Shown: piece by piece, positions 1 to 11,702 of the stretch
Position numbering within the stretch: the first letter of the stretch is position 1
How the letters are laid out: each line of letters opens with the position of its first letter
DNA from: Escherichia coli
GTDB lineage: Bacteria > Pseudomonadota > Gammaproteobacteria > Enterobacterales > Enterobacteriaceae
Reading direction: 5' to 3' (one strand)
Assembly (NCBI RefSeq): GCF_041886205.1
Contig: NZ_CP169029.1
DNA: 64,000 nucleotides
Program-made: the position numbers and the translations under genes
The notes under the pieces: model-generated
Told to the model about the DNA's origin: nothing
The model's input: the letters and a program-made list of their open reading frames with translations, nothing else
Databases searched by the model: none

Positions 1-1322
1 TCCATAGCGAACAGCTATTGAACGGCTATCTCATGCTGGCAACGCCGGTTATTAGCCTGTTTCCTGCCATCCTTGCGCAAAACTTCTGGCACCGTTTTCC
101 ACTTTACTGGCAGCGTCTGACGTTGCTGTTAGCCACGGTCACAACAGCTTCATTGCTGAATACCGCCCTGCTCTCCCCTTTTATGTCAGGCCCAATAATG
201 CTGCCGGGTTTGACCTCATTTACCGGAGGCGTATTACTGACGCCGTTTGTCTATCTTATCTTTGAGTTTCTGCGCCAGCAGCATCGCTACCAGCTCCTGG
301 GACTCGATACGCATAATCCCCCCTTGCGTACCTCTTTAATCATCTGGTGTAGCCTGTTTTTTATTATTGGTATCGGCACTCAGATGGTGCTGTCACCTGA
401 AATTGAACGTCTGCTGTTGATCGTAGTTTTTCTACCCAATGTGGTGATGGCGTGGAAATTTGGCTGGCAAGGTGGCGTACTCTCCGGGCTTTTGGGCAGC
501 ATGATGATCACCATCGCCCGCCAGATTGGCGTGGGCTTTAGTAACCTGGTGGAGCTGGAGATTTTCCTCGCGACCCAGGCATTGCTGGGAATTGGCCTGG
601 GCATTGCCATCAGCCGCCAGCAACATCTGGCGCTAAACCTGCACCATTACCGACAACGGCTGGAGGCCGAGCTGGCAGCGCGGCGGGCATTAGCGGAAAA
701 GCTGATCCACACCGAGGAGGACACGCGAAAAAACCTGGCGAGGGAGCTGCACGACGAAATCGGTCAAAACATCACCGCCATTCAGATCCAGTCGCAACTG
801 GTGAAGCGAGCGCGCGATCCGGCGCAAATTCAATCCGCAGCCAGCCAAATCAATGAACTCGCTCGCCGCATTCATCTCTCCACCCGCCAGTTGCTGCGCC
901 AGCTGCGGCCCCCCGCGCTTGATGAACTGACATTCCGCGAAGCGTTGTTGCATCTGATTAATGAATTTGCCTTTAGTGAACGCGGCATTCATTGCCAGTT
1001 TTCCTATCAACTGACCTCCACACCAGAAAACGAAACGGTGCGCTTTACCTTGTATCGGTTATTGCAGGAGTTGCTCAATAACGTCTGTAAACACGCCGAA
1101 GCCAGCGAAGTGACGATTATCCTGCGCCAGCAGGGAGAGATATTGCATCTGGAGGTCAGCGACAACGGCGTGGGGATCGCTTGCGGGAAAATGGCTGGAT
1201 TTGGCATTCAGGGGATGCGTGAGCGCGTCAGTGCCCTGGGCGGCGACTTAACGCTCGAAAAACAGCACGGCACGCGGGTAATTGTTAACTTGCCCACAAT
1301 TTTGCAACAAATCGCCGGATAA
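1..1322 (+). CDS. UhpB-like sensor histidine kinase, 5' end outside window (frame open back to position 3)
   Basis: Hydrophobic N-terminal segments, then H-box HTEEDTRKNLARELHDEIGQ and a C-terminal HATPase region (GMRERVSALGG); resembles UhpB. No in-frame stop upstream of the TTG at 18. Confidence 0.8.
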   Translation, partial: HSEQLLNGYLMLATPVISLFPAILAQNFWHRFPLYWQRLTLLLATVTTASLLNTALLSPFMSGPIMLPGLTSFTGGVLLTPFVYLIFEFLRQQHRYQLLGLDTHNPPLRTSLIIWCSLFFIIGIGTQMVLSPEIERLLLIVVFLPNVVMAWKFGWQGGVLSGLLGSMMITIARQIGVGFSNLVELEIFLATQALLGIGLGIAISRQQHLALNLHHYRQRLEAELAARRALAEKLIHTEEDTRKNLARELHDEIGQNITAIQIQSQLVKRARDPAQIQSAASQINELARRIHLSTRQLLRQLRPPALDELTFREALLHLINEFAFSERGIHCQFSYQLTSTPENETVRFTLYRLLQELLNNVCKHAEASEVTIILRQQGEILHLEVSDNGVGIACGKMAGFGIQGMRERVSALGGDLTLEKQHGTRVIVNLPTILQQIAG

Positions 1323-1394
1323 CCAGGAAAAAATCTTAGGCATCCCGGATTTTCTCTCATCCCCTTTCACTTTCATTTTCATATAGTCAGCAAC

Positions 1395-2711
1395 ATGGAG
1401 ACAACCATGCACGCGCGTTCAGCGAGAGAAATTAATCAATGCTACCGGACATTACGTCCGCGATTGCTGATGTGCATGATTATTGGCTACGCCGCATTTT
1501 ATCTGACGCGAAAAAGCGTGAATTACGTCCTTCCGGCGCTGCAAACCGACCTCGGACTGGATAAAGGCGACATTGGCCTGCTGGGTTCGCTGTTTTATCT
1601 CAGCTACGGATTGTCGAAATTTACCGCCGGACTGTGGCATGACAGCCACGGACAACGCGGTTTTATGGGCGTCGGCTTGTTCACCACCGGATTATTGAAC
1701 GTGGTGTTTGCCTTTGGCGAATCACTTACGCTTTTGCTTGTGGTCTGGACACTGAACGGATTTTTTCAGGGCTGGGGATGGCCACCGTGTGCTCGCTTGC
1801 TGACCCACTGGTACTCACGCAATGAGCGCGGTTTCTGGTGGGGCTGCTGGAATATGTCGATCAACATTGGCGGAGCGATTATTCCGCTAATTAGTGCCTT
1901 TGCCGCCCACTGGTGGGGCTGGCAGGCCGCGATGCTGACACCGGGGATAATCAGCATGGCATTAGGGATCTGGTTAACGCTACAACTCAAAGGCACGCCC
2001 CAGGAAGAGGGATTACCGACAGTTGGTCACTGGCGTCACGATCCGCTGGAGTTACGTCAGGAACAACAAAGTCCGCCGATGGGGCTGTGGCAAATGTTGC
2101 GCACCACCATGCTGCAAAATCCGCTGATCTGGCTACTGGGCGTCTCTTATGTACTGGTTTATGTGATCCGGATTGCGCTTAACGACTGGGGCAATATCTG
2201 GCTGACGGAAAGCCACGGCGTCAACCTGCTCAGCGCCAACGCCACGGTAATGCTGTTTGAAGTGGGCGGCTTACTCGGCGCGTTATTTGCCGGATGGGGA
2301 TCGGATTTGCTGTTTAGCGGGCAACGAGCGCCAATGATTTTGCTGTTCACGCTGGGGTTGATGGTGTCAGTCGCTGCACTGTGGCTGGCACCGGTTCATC
2401 ACTACGCTCTGCTGGCAGTGTGCTTTTTTACCGTAGGCTTTTTCGTCTTTGGTCCACAAATGCTGATTGGACTTGCGGCGGTGGAGTGTGGGCACAAAGC
2501 TGCGGCGGGTTCAATCACCGGATTTCTCGGCCTGTTCGCTTACCTTGGCGCGGCGCTGGCAGGCTGGCCACTGTCGCTGGTCATCGAACGCTACGGCTGG
2601 TCGGGAATGTTCAGTTTACTCTCGGTCGCCGCAGTACTTATGGGTTTACTGCTGATGCCGTTACTGATGGCGGGCATCACCACCACTCACGCTCGAAGGA
2701 TAAAACAATGA
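1395..2711 (+). CDS. UhpC-like MFS sugar-phosphate sensor/transporter (organophosphate:Pi antiporter family)
   Basis: 438 aa multi-helix membrane protein with UhpC/UhpT/GlpT-like N-terminus; 72 bp downstream of the kinase gene. Confidence 0.8.
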   Translation: METTMHARSAREINQCYRTLRPRLLMCMIIGYAAFYLTRKSVNYVLPALQTDLGLDKGDIGLLGSLFYLSYGLSKFTAGLWHDSHGQRGFMGVGLFTTGLLNVVFAFGESLTLLLVVWTLNGFFQGWGWPPCARLLTHWYSRNERGFWWGCWNMSINIGGAIIPLISAFAAHWWGWQAAMLTPGIISMALGIWLTLQLKGTPQEEGLPTVGHWRHDPLELRQEQQSPPMGLWQMLRTTMLQNPLIWLLGVSYVLVYVIRIALNDWGNIWLTESHGVNLLSANATVMLFEVGGLLGALFAGWGSDLLFSGQRAPMILLFTLGLMVSVAALWLAPVHHYALLAVCFFTVGFFVFGPQMLIGLAAVECGHKAAAGSITGFLGLFAYLGAALAGWPLSLVIERYGWSGMFSLLSVAAVLMGLLLMPLLMAGITTTHARRIKQ

Positions 2712-3739
2712 AAATGACCTTTACCTCTACTCTGATTGCTTCTGCCGTTGCGCTGGCGACTTTAACGGGTGCCGCGCAGGCGAAAGGCCGGCTGGTGGTC
2801 TATTGCAGCGCCACCAATGAAATGTGTGAAGCTGAAACCAAAGCGTTTGGCGAGAAATATGATGTGAAAACTTCATTTATCCGCAACGGTTCCGGAAGCA
2901 CCCTGGCAAAAGTCGATGCTGAAAAGAAAAACCCCCAGGCTGACGTCTGGTATGGCGGCACTTTAGACCCGCAATCGCAGGCCGGCGAGATGGGCCTGCT
3001 ACAGGCGTATAAATCCCCTAACCTTGAGCAGATCATGGAGAAATTCCGCGATCCGGCAAAAGTGAAAGGGAATCTGTCCTCTGCCGTATATGTGGGGATC
3101 CTCGGTTTTGGCGTAAACACCGATCGTCTGAAAGAGAAAGACCTGCCGGTGCCGAAGTGCTGGAAAGATCTCACCAAACCGGAATATAAAGGCGAAATTC
3201 AAATTGCCGATCCGCAAAGTTCCGGTACTGCCTACACCGCGCTGGCTACTTTTGCGCAGCTGTGGGGGGAAGATCAGGCCTTTGATTATCTAAAACAACT
3301 GAACGCCAACGTCTCCCAGTATACCAAATCAGGCATAGCCCCGGCACGTAACGCCGCTCGCGGCGAAACGGCGATTGGTATTGGCTTCCTGCATGACTAC
3401 TCGCTGGAAAAAGAACAGGGTGCGCCGCTGGAGTTGATTTCCCCTTGTGAAGGTACGGGCTATGAAATTGGCGGCGTCAGCATTCTGAAAGGCGCGCGCA
3501 ACCTCGACAATGCCAAACTGTTTGTGGACTGGGTATTATCAAAAGAAGCTCAGGAACTGGCGTGGAAGAAAGGGAAGTCTTATCAGATCCTGACCAATAC
3601 CACCGCCGAAACGTCGCCAAATTCGCTGAAGCTCGACGACCTGAAATTAATCAACTACGACATGGATAAATACGGTTCCACGGATGTTCGTAAGGCATTG
3701 ATTAATAAATGGGTTAGCGAAGTGAAGATGGGTAAGTAA
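2708..3739 (+). CDS. afuA: AfuA/FbpA-family periplasmic substrate-binding protein (sugar-phosphate or ferric type)
   Basis: Start MKMTFTSTLIASAVALATLTGAAQA is a signal peptide; ATG overlaps the uhpC-like stop (ATGA). The long ORF 2381-3739 is an upstream extension in the same frame. Confidence 0.8.
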   Translation: MKMTFTSTLIASAVALATLTGAAQAKGRLVVYCSATNEMCEAETKAFGEKYDVKTSFIRNGSGSTLAKVDAEKKNPQADVWYGGTLDPQSQAGEMGLLQAYKSPNLEQIMEKFRDPAKVKGNLSSAVYVGILGFGVNTDRLKEKDLPVPKCWKDLTKPEYKGEIQIADPQSSGTAYTALATFAQLWGEDQAFDYLKQLNANVSQYTKSGIAPARNAARGETAIGIGFLHDYSLEKEQGAPLELISPCEGTGYEIGGVSILKGARNLDNAKLFVDWVLSKEAQELAWKKGKSYQILTNTTAETSPNSLKLDDLKLINYDMDKYGSTDVRKALINKWVSEVKMGK

Positions 3740-3807
3740 ACCCGCATTAGGCGCATTTGCCGGGTGCAGCACAAATGCCTGCCCCGGCCAACCATACCGG
3801 AACTGCT

Positions 3808-5886
3808 ATGTCACAGACACTTGCACTCCATCCCGTGAAAAAGCGGGATGCGATTTTCCTTTGGGTTTTGCTGGGCTGGCTGGCATTTATCCTGTTGCCG
3901 AGCTGGAGTCTCGATTATGGCCTGCTGGAATCCACGAGTGATGAGATCCTCGAGGCTTATGGCTGGTCGCATTTTAATATCAGCTGGCTGTGGTATTTGT
4001 TACCGAGTCTGTTGCTGGTTCGCCCGTTTCGTGAGGCCACACGTGAACAGCGTAGTCGTCATTATTTTGATGCCGGCTGGGCATTGCTCTGTATGGCGTT
4101 TATCGTCATCAGCGCCACCGTGGCTGGACGCGGTTTAGGCTACGCCGCCATCGTGCTGTTTGTTGAATTAGGCGCGATTATGACGCTGGCCTTAACCCGC
4201 CTCGAATGGCTGGGCGGCGACCGCTTCGTGATCGGCTCGCTGATTGCGATTGTGGCGCTGATTGGCATTTTTATCGTCTGGCCGAGCATCGCCATTTTTA
4301 TCCCGATGTTCACCAACGACGCGGGAGAGTTCGCCCCGCTGGCGTTTATGAACGTGCTCTCGCAGGCACATATTGTGCAGGTGATCGTCAACTCTATCGT
4401 CTTGTCGATAGCGGTGGGTATTGGCTGTACCTTCTTCGGTCTGGTACTGGCGATTTATACCACGCGCATCGCCAAACGCAGCGCCATTATTGGCCGCATC
4501 TTTTCCATTCTGCCCATCGTTACACCACCGTTTGTGGTCGGCTTAGGCGTGACACTCATGATGGGGCGCTCCGGCTATATCACGGAGTTTATGGTGGAGT
4601 GGTTTGGGCTGACCAACACCAACTGGCTGTATGGCTTTACCGGGATCTGGCTGGCGCAGGTTCTGGCATTCACGCCAATGGCTTTTATGATCCTCGACGG
4701 GGCCATTAAAACCATTCATCCCTCGCTGGAAGAGGCCTCCTACACCCTGCGCGCCAGCCGCTGGCAAACCTTTAACGGCGTGTTTGTGCCGTTGCTAAAG
4801 CCCGCGCTCGCCAATGCCTTTTTAATCGTCGTGGTACAGTCACTGGCTGATTTCAGTAACCCGCTGGTGCTTGGCGGCAACTTCGACGTACTGGCGACGC
4901 AAATTTACTTCTACATTACCGGCTCGCAGCTGGATTATCAGGCCGCCAGCACGCTTGGTGCTTTCCTGCTGCTGTTCTCGCTGCTGGTGTTCTGCGTCCA
5001 GTATATGTGGATTGGTAAACGCTCTTACGTCACGGTTTCCGGCAAATCCTACCGTGGCGACGTCCAGCCACTACCGGTCACCCTGGTGTGGAGCGTGGTC
5101 GCCATACTTGCGGTATGGATTGCCTTTAACGCCCTGCTCTACGGCAGCATTTTCTACGGCAGCTTCACGGTGAACTGGGGCGTTGACTACACCCTGACGC
5201 TGGATAACTTTATCAAGTTATTTGGTCAGGGGATGAGCGACGGCGCGTGGCCTTCACTGTTGGATACCCTGCTCTACGCCGGGATTGCAGCCCCCATTAC
5301 CGCTATCTTTGGCCTGCTCATCGCCTGGGTGGTGGTGCGTCAACAATTCAAAGGCAAAAAGACCATCGAGTTCACCACCATGCTGTGCTTTGCCGTACCG
5401 GGTACGGTGGCGGGCGTCTCGTATATTCTCGCCTTTAACAGCGCTCCGGTTTATCTCACCGGAACGGCGGCAATTGTGATTATCTCGATGGTGATGCGTA
5501 ACGTTCCGGTGGGCATTCGTGCCGGGATTGCAGGTCTGGGGCAGATCGACAAATCGCTGGATGAAGCCTCACTCAGCCTGCGTGCGGGTTCCCTGCGAAC
5601 CATAACCCACATTTTACTGCCGCTGCTGCGCCCGGCCATTCTCTCGGCCCTGATCTACAGCTTTGTGCGGGCCATCACGACGGTCAGCGCCATCGTCTTT
5701 CTCGTCACGCCGGACACCCGCGTGGCAACAGCCTACATTCTTAACCGCGTTGAAGACGGCGAATATGGCGTAGCTATCGCCTATGGTTCGATTCTGATCG
5801 TGGTGATGCTGGCGATTATTTTCCTCTTTGACTGGCTGATCGGAGAAGCACGTATCTCCCGTTCTAAAGCCAAAAACCAGGCGTAA
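3808..5886 (+). CDS. afuB: AfuB/FbpB-family ABC transporter permease (fused two-domain)
   Basis: About 690 aa polytopic membrane protein; start chosen at MSQTLAL with GGAA upstream; ORF also open from 3757. Confidence 0.75.
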   Translation: MSQTLALHPVKKRDAIFLWVLLGWLAFILLPSWSLDYGLLESTSDEILEAYGWSHFNISWLWYLLPSLLLVRPFREATREQRSRHYFDAGWALLCMAFIVISATVAGRGLGYAAIVLFVELGAIMTLALTRLEWLGGDRFVIGSLIAIVALIGIFIVWPSIAIFIPMFTNDAGEFAPLAFMNVLSQAHIVQVIVNSIVLSIAVGIGCTFFGLVLAIYTTRIAKRSAIIGRIFSILPIVTPPFVVGLGVTLMMGRSGYITEFMVEWFGLTNTNWLYGFTGIWLAQVLAFTPMAFMILDGAIKTIHPSLEEASYTLRASRWQTFNGVFVPLLKPALANAFLIVVVQSLADFSNPLVLGGNFDVLATQIYFYITGSQLDYQAASTLGAFLLLFSLLVFCVQYMWIGKRSYVTVSGKSYRGDVQPLPVTLVWSVVAILAVWIAFNALLYGSIFYGSFTVNWGVDYTLTLDNFIKLFGQGMSDGAWPSLLDTLLYAGIAAPITAIFGLLIAWVVVRQQFKGKKTIEFTTMLCFAVPGTVAGVSYILAFNSAPVYLTGTAAIVIISMVMRNVPVGIRAGIAGLGQIDKSLDEASLSLRAGSLRTITHILLPLLRPAILSALIYSFVRAITTVSAIVFLVTPDTRVATAYILNRVEDGEYGVAIAYGSILIVVMLAIIFLFDWLIGEARISRSKAKNQA

Positions 5887-5897
5887 TGGAGCGCACT

Positions 5898-6944
5898 ATG
5901 AGTCAGAAAAATTTTGTGGAACTGCGCAACGTCACTAAACGATTCGGCAGTAATACGGTTATCGACAATATCAATCTCACCATTCCACAAGGGCAAATGG
6001 TGACGCTGCTCGGCCCTTCCGGCTGTGGCAAAACCACCATTCTGCGTCTGGTTGCCGGGCTGGAAAAACCGAGCGAAGGGCAAATTTTTATTGATGGCGA
6101 AGATGTCACGCATCGTTCCATTCAACAGCGCGATATCTGCATGGTGTTTCAGTCATACGCTCTGTTCCCGCATATGTCGCTGGGTGAAAACGTTGGCTAC
6201 GGGCTGAAGATGCTTGGCGTGTCGCGTAGCGAAGTGAAACAGCGGGTGAAGGAGGCGCTGGCAATGGTGGATCTGGAAGGCTTCGAGGACCGCTATGTCG
6301 ATCAGATTTCCGGTGGTCAGCAACAGCGTGTGGCGCTGGCCCGCGCGTTGATCCTCAAACCGAAGGTACTGCTGTTTGATGAGCCGTTAAGTAACCTCGA
6401 TGCCAACCTGCGCCGCAGTATGCGCGATAAGATCCGCGAGCTGCAAAAGCAGTTTAATATCACGTCGCTCTACGTCACTCACGATCAAAGTGAAGCTTTC
6501 GCGGTGTCCGACACCGTACTGGTGATGAATAAAGGTCACATCATGCAGATTGGTTCACCGCAAGATCTCTATCGTCAGCCCGCCTCCCGCTTTATGGCAA
6601 GTTTTATGGGCGACGCCAACCTGTTCCCGGCGAACTTTAGCGAAGAGGATGTCGATATCTACGGTTATCGCCTGCCGCGCGCGGCGCATTTCCCGGCGCA
6701 AGGTAGCGGCACCGTCGGCGTTCGCCCGGAAGCCATCACCTTAAGCAATCACGGCGAAGAGAGTCAGCGTTGTGTTATTCGCCATGTCGCCTACATGGGG
6801 CCGCAGTACGAAGTGACCGTAGAGTGGCATGGACAGGAGATTTTATTACAAGTAAACGCCACCCGTTTACAGCCCGATATTGGTGAGCACTATTACCTCG
6901 AAATCCATCCTTACGGGATGTTTGTTTTAGCGGATGCGGCATAA
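5898..6944 (+). CDS. afuC: AfuC/FbpC ABC transporter ATP-binding protein
   Basis: Walker [10 protein letters not shown], signature [15 protein letters not shown], Walker B LLFDEP; 348 aa from MSQKNF; an in-frame ATG at 5886 overlaps the afuB stop. Confidence 0.9.
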   Translation: MSQKNFVELRNVTKRFGSNTVIDNINLTIPQGQMVTLLGPSGCGKTTILRLVAGLEKPSEGQIFIDGEDVTHRSIQQRDICMVFQSYALFPHMSLGENVGYGLKMLGVSRSEVKQRVKEALAMVDLEGFEDRYVDQISGGQQQRVALARALILKPKVLLFDEPLSNLDANLRRSMRDKIRELQKQFNITSLYVTHDQSEAFAVSDTVLVMNKGHIMQIGSPQDLYRQPASRFMASFMGDANLFPANFSEEDVDIYGYRLPRAAHFPAQGSGTVGVRPEAITLSNHGEESQRCVIRHVAYMGPQYEVTVEWHGQEILLQVNATRLQPDIGEHYYLEIHPYGMFVLADAA

Positions 6945-6957
6945 AAATAGCACATAA

Positions 6958-6985
6958 ACGGTCCCCACCTGTCTTGAGGGACCGT
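6958..6985 (+). terminator. Hairpin downstream of afuC (ACGGTCCC-12 nt-GGGACCGT), no clear U-tract
   Basis: Perfect 8 bp inverted repeat 14 bp after the afuC stop. Confidence 0.3.
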
Positions 6986-7026
6986 TCACCTGGTTAGGCT
7001 TCGGACAACAATTATTCTCCAGTGTT

Positions 7027-7078
7027 ATATACTATAGGGGGGTATGCATTGACATATAGCATACCCCCCTATAGTATA
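7027..7078 (+). promoter_or_regulatory. frmRAB promoter/operator: long dyad with G6/C6 tracts (FrmR operator)
   Basis: TATACTATAGGGGGGTATGC ... GCATACCCCCCTATAGTATA, a near-perfect 52 bp inverted repeat ending 25 bp before frmR. Confidence 0.7.
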
Positions 7079-7103
7079 TTGCATGCAGATGATGAGGTGC
7101 GAA

Positions 7104-7379
7104 ATGCCCAGTACTCCGGAAGAGAAGAAAAAGGTCCTTACTCGAGTTCGTCGTATTCGAGGGCAGATTGATGCTCTGGAACGGTCGCTGGAGGGTGATG
7201 CCGAATGCCGTGCCATACTCCAACAGATCGCTGCCGTTCGGGGCGCGGCTAACGGGCTGATGGCAGAAGTGCTTGAAAGCCATATCCGGGAAACGTTTGA
7301 CCGAAATGACTGCTACAGCCGCGAAGTCAGCCAATCCGTTGACGACACTATTGAACTGGTTCGTGCCTATCTGAAATAG
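7104..7379 (+). CDS. frmR: FrmR formaldehyde-responsive repressor (CsoR/RcnR family)
   Basis: 91 aa from [21 protein letters not shown]; the listed ORF 7083-7379 is an upstream extension. Confidence 0.9.
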
Positions 7380-7383
7380 CTGA

Positions 7384-8523
<1,140 letters not shown>

Positions 8524-8614
8524 TTTCCCGCAGGTATACCCGTCCACTTCAGACGGGGTTCTTAATACTCTCCCCGGGCAGCCGTCCGGGGGATTAACCG
8601 TGAGATAATGACTG

Positions 8615-9448
8615 ATGGAACTCATTGAAAAACATGCCAGCTTTGGCGGCAGGCAAAATGTGTATCGGCATTATTCCCAATCACTGAAATGTGAAATGAA
8701 TGTCGGCGTCTATCTCCCACCAAAAGCCGCGAATGAAAAATTGCCGGTGCTGTACTGGCTTTCAGGCCTGACCTGCAACGAGCAGAATTTCATTACTAAA
8801 TCGGGGATGCAGCGTTACGCGGCTGAGCACAACATTATTGTTGTTGCGCCGGACACCAGTCCGCGAGGCAGTCATGTCGCAGATGCCGACCGTTACGATC
8901 TCGGGCAAGGTGCCGGGTTTTACCTGAACGCGACGCAAGCGCCGTGGAATGAACATTACAAAATGTATGACTATATCCGCAACGAGCTGCCGGATTTAGT
9001 GATGCAACATTTTCCGGCAACGGCCAGAAAGTCTATCTCAGGTCATTCTATGGGCGGGCTGGGCGCGCTAGTGCTGGCGTTACGTAATCCAGATGAATAT
9101 GTCAGCGTCTCGGCGTTTTCGCCCATTGTTTCCCCATCGCAAGTACCGTGGGGACAACAAGCCTTTGCCGCATATCTTGGTGAAAATAAAGAGGCGTGGT
9201 TGGATTACGATCCGGTGAGCCTTATTTCACAAGGTCAACGCGTTGCGGAAATCATGGTTGATCAGGGGTTGAGTGATGATTTTTACGCGGAACAGCTGCG
9301 GACTCCAAATCTTGAAAAGATCTGCCAGGCGATGAATATCAAGACGTTAATCCGTTATCACGAGGGTTATGATCACAGCTATTATTTTGTCTCCAGTTTT
9401 ATTGGCGAGCATATTGCCTACCACGCCAATAAACTGAATATGCGTTGA
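8615..9448 (+). CDS. frmB: S-formylglutathione hydrolase (esterase D family)
   Basis: 277 aa with GHSMGG serine-hydrolase motif; third gene of frmRAB. Confidence 0.95.
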   Translation: MELIEKHASFGGRQNVYRHYSQSLKCEMNVGVYLPPKAANEKLPVLYWLSGLTCNEQNFITKSGMQRYAAEHNIIVVAPDTSPRGSHVADADRYDLGQGAGFYLNATQAPWNEHYKMYDYIRNELPDLVMQHFPATARKSISGHSMGGLGALVLALRNPDEYVSVSAFSPIVSPSQVPWGQQAFAAYLGENKEAWLDYDPVSLISQGQRVAEIMVDQGLSDDFYAEQLRTPNLEKICQAMNIKTLIRYHEGYDHSYYFVSSFIGEHIAYHANKLNMR

Positions 9449-9473
9449 TAATAGTGCACGACTGCCGGATGCG

Positions 9474-9660
9474 GCGTGAACGCCTTATCCGGCCTACACT
9501 TCGCCCATAAACCGTAGGCCTGATAAGACGCGAAAAGCGTCGCATCAGGCATTTGCGCACGGCTGCCGGATGCGGCGTGGACGCCTTATCCGGCCTACAT
9601 TTTACCCATAAACCGTAGGCATGATAAGACGCGCATAGCGTCGCATCAGGCATCTGTGCA
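9474..9660. repeat. REP cluster: two tandem copies of a roughly 91 bp REP-containing unit
   Basis: GCCGGATGCGGCGTGAACGCCTTATCCGGCCTACA... recurs at 9474 and 9565 with few mismatches. Confidence 0.85.
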
Positions 9661-9674
9661 CGACTTATCTATGT

Positions 9675-10214
9675 TTACCACATCAAATCATCAGGCACTT
9701 TGAAGTCGGCATACGGGTCGTCTTCATCCTGCTCTTCGGCGCTGAGCGCGCTGTGCAACACTATACTGCTGGCATCACGCTGAGCAATTTTATCGGCAAC
9801 GCTGGCGGGAATAATTGCGTATTCACCTTCGCTATTGTTATCGAGCAACAAGCGGGCAATCGCCAGACGACCATTAATCAACTGCGCCTGTGTGAGCTTA
9901 TCGACAAAAATCTTCTTAATCAGATTGCCGTCAGTGAAGTTAAAACCAATATCACCATTGGCAATGGTGATTCGGTTCATTTCAATGAGCTGCTTCACCT
10001 GGGCTTTATATTCTTTCGCCAACGCCGCTTGTTTTTGTTGCTCGCTAAGCTGTTTATCACGCTCAAGCTGTGCCTTTTTATTTTCTTCTACCGCTGCCCG
10101 AGCTTCACGCGCCTGAACACGCGATTTTTTCGCCGTTCTCTCCACCTTCGCTGCTTTTTTGCTGGTGACTAATCCTGCTTTGAGCAACTGCTCTTGTAAG
10201 GTAAGTTTTGCCAT
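9675..10214 (-). CDS. yaiL: YaiL (DUF2058) protein
   Basis: 179 aa from MAKLTLQEQLLKAG; listed ORF extends upstream to 10331. Confidence 0.85.
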   Translation of the reverse strand: MAKLTLQEQLLKAGLVTSKKAAKVERTAKKSRVQAREARAAVEENKKAQLERDKQLSEQQKQAALAKEYKAQVKQLIEMNRITIANGDIGFNFTDGNLIKKIFVDKLTQAQLINGRLAIARLLLDNNSEGEYAIIPASVADKIAQRDASSIVLHSALSAEEQDEDDPYADFKVPDDLMW

Positions 10215-10315
10215 CTTTGTTTCCAAACCCGCTGAATAATTTTTAGCGAGTATACCTGTAAACGCCGTAGGTGTATTGGGGTGAAGTCCCTTTCGCCCCT
10301 GCCTAATAAAGCGCG

Positions 10316-11527
10316 TCAGGCATCGGCGCACGGCTGTATTCTTGATCTCCGGCTCATCAAAATAAACACCGCCAACCCAGCAACAATAATACCCGGTGCA
10401 GAAGCGGCCATTACGCCGACCGTGCCAGTGCCTAATGCCAGCATTTTCCCGGCCAGTAACGGACCGCTCATAGCCCCCAGACGCCCTACCGCCACGGCTG
10501 TTCCCACACCTGTTGCGCGGATCTGCGAGCTGTAAAACAACGGTGCCAATGCATATAAAACGCTTTGCCCACCTGTCGCAAACAACCCCGCGACAAATCC
10601 CGCCAGCAACATACCGTTAAATGACGACACCGTTCCCAGCGCCAGCAGCGAAGCTAACATGCCGCTATAAATCAGTAGCGACATGGTTACTGGACGCAGC
10701 TTATCCATCAATGCGCCCAACATTAACGTCCCGCTTGCCGCACCCATTTGCAGTGCAAACATCACCCCTGCCGCCTGCGATGGCTGGAATCCTTGCTCCA
10801 CCAAAAGTAGCGGTAGCCAGTTGATCAACATATAAACCACCAGCAGAGTGAAGAAATAACACAACCACAGCAGCAGCGTCGCGGTTGCCGTTTCTGGCGC
10901 AAATAAGGCTCGCAGTGGTGGCGCAGCCTGTTTTTCGCCAGCGAAAACCGCCGACTCCGGCAGCCAGCGCATTAATAGCGGCACCAGAATCAACGGCACC
11001 ACACCACCGACCCAAAACACCGTTTGCCATGCTAAGTTTGCCCCCGCGAAACCCAGCGTCGCCGCCAGCGCCGCGCCAATGGGAACACCGCAATACATCA
11101 GGCTCACTGCCGTCCCACGAAAACGTGGACCCGCGGCTTCAGACGTCAGGGCGATAAGATTCGGCAACGCCGCCCCCAGCCCGACACCGGTCATCAGCCG
11201 CGCAAAGACCAGTGAGGGGAAATCCCAGGCAATCGCCGTTGCCAGTGAGAACAAACCAAACAGCGCAACTGAGCCAATCAAAATGCGCTTGCGACCATAA
11301 CGGTCCGCCAGCATTCCACCAACCAACGCGCCGGGTAGCAAACCGAGTATTCCGGCGCTGAATATCCAACCCATTTGCATTTTATCGAGTGCGAAAGCCT
11401 GGGCGATGCCACCCGCCGCAATGCCAGCCGCCTGAAGATCCAGTCCTTCCATCAGAGCGACCAAAAAACAAAGCCCGATGGTCAGCATCAGGCGGGTTGA
11501 AGATGATGAAGGGGTACGAGTCGACAT
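10316..11527 (-). CDS. mhpT: 3-(3-hydroxyphenyl)propionate MFS transporter
   Basis: 403 aa from MSTRTPSSSSTRLMLTIG; 12-TM MFS protein beside the mhp operon. Confidence 0.9.
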   Translation of the reverse strand: MSTRTPSSSSTRLMLTIGLCFLVALMEGLDLQAAGIAAGGIAQAFALDKMQMGWIFSAGILGLLPGALVGGMLADRYGRKRILIGSVALFGLFSLATAIAWDFPSLVFARLMTGVGLGAALPNLIALTSEAAGPRFRGTAVSLMYCGVPIGAALAATLGFAGANLAWQTVFWVGGVVPLILVPLLMRWLPESAVFAGEKQAAPPLRALFAPETATATLLLWLCYFFTLLVVYMLINWLPLLLVEQGFQPSQAAGVMFALQMGAASGTLMLGALMDKLRPVTMSLLIYSGMLASLLALGTVSSFNGMLLAGFVAGLFATGGQSVLYALAPLFYSSQIRATGVGTAVAVGRLGAMSGPLLAGKMLALGTGTVGVMAASAPGIIVAGLAVFILMSRRSRIQPCADA

Positions 11528-11604
11528 AAGATGAACCTCGTTGCGAGTACAGGTGAATCGCGGCTGATACATTGTCAGCCGCGTAATCAGAACTATGTAA
11601 TGAC

Positions 11605-11662
<58 letters not shown>

Positions 11663-11702
11663 TGGGATGGGCATACAAAATGCACGTTCTCGGCAGTCAT
11701 CA

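Noticed and set aside
2381-2707. Upstream extension of the afuA ORF overlapping the uhpC-like gene
   Set aside because: It runs in an alternate frame of the uhpC-like coding region; the signal peptide begins at 2708.
3757-3807. N-terminal extension of the afuB ORF (709 aa reading)
   Set aside because: The extension is non-hydrophobic and Pro/Ala-rich; the ATG at 3808 has an upstream GGAA and starts directly with membrane-protein-like sequence.
9474-9660. Regularly spaced palindromic repeats that could be mistaken for a CRISPR array
   Set aside because: The units are REP elements with no unique spacers and there are no cas genes; the same consensus recurs at many intergenic sites in the window.
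9753-10172. 139 aa ORF antisense to yaiL
   Set aside because: It is the mirror frame of the Lys/Ala/Glu-rich yaiL and so translates to a Phe/Leu-rich artefact.
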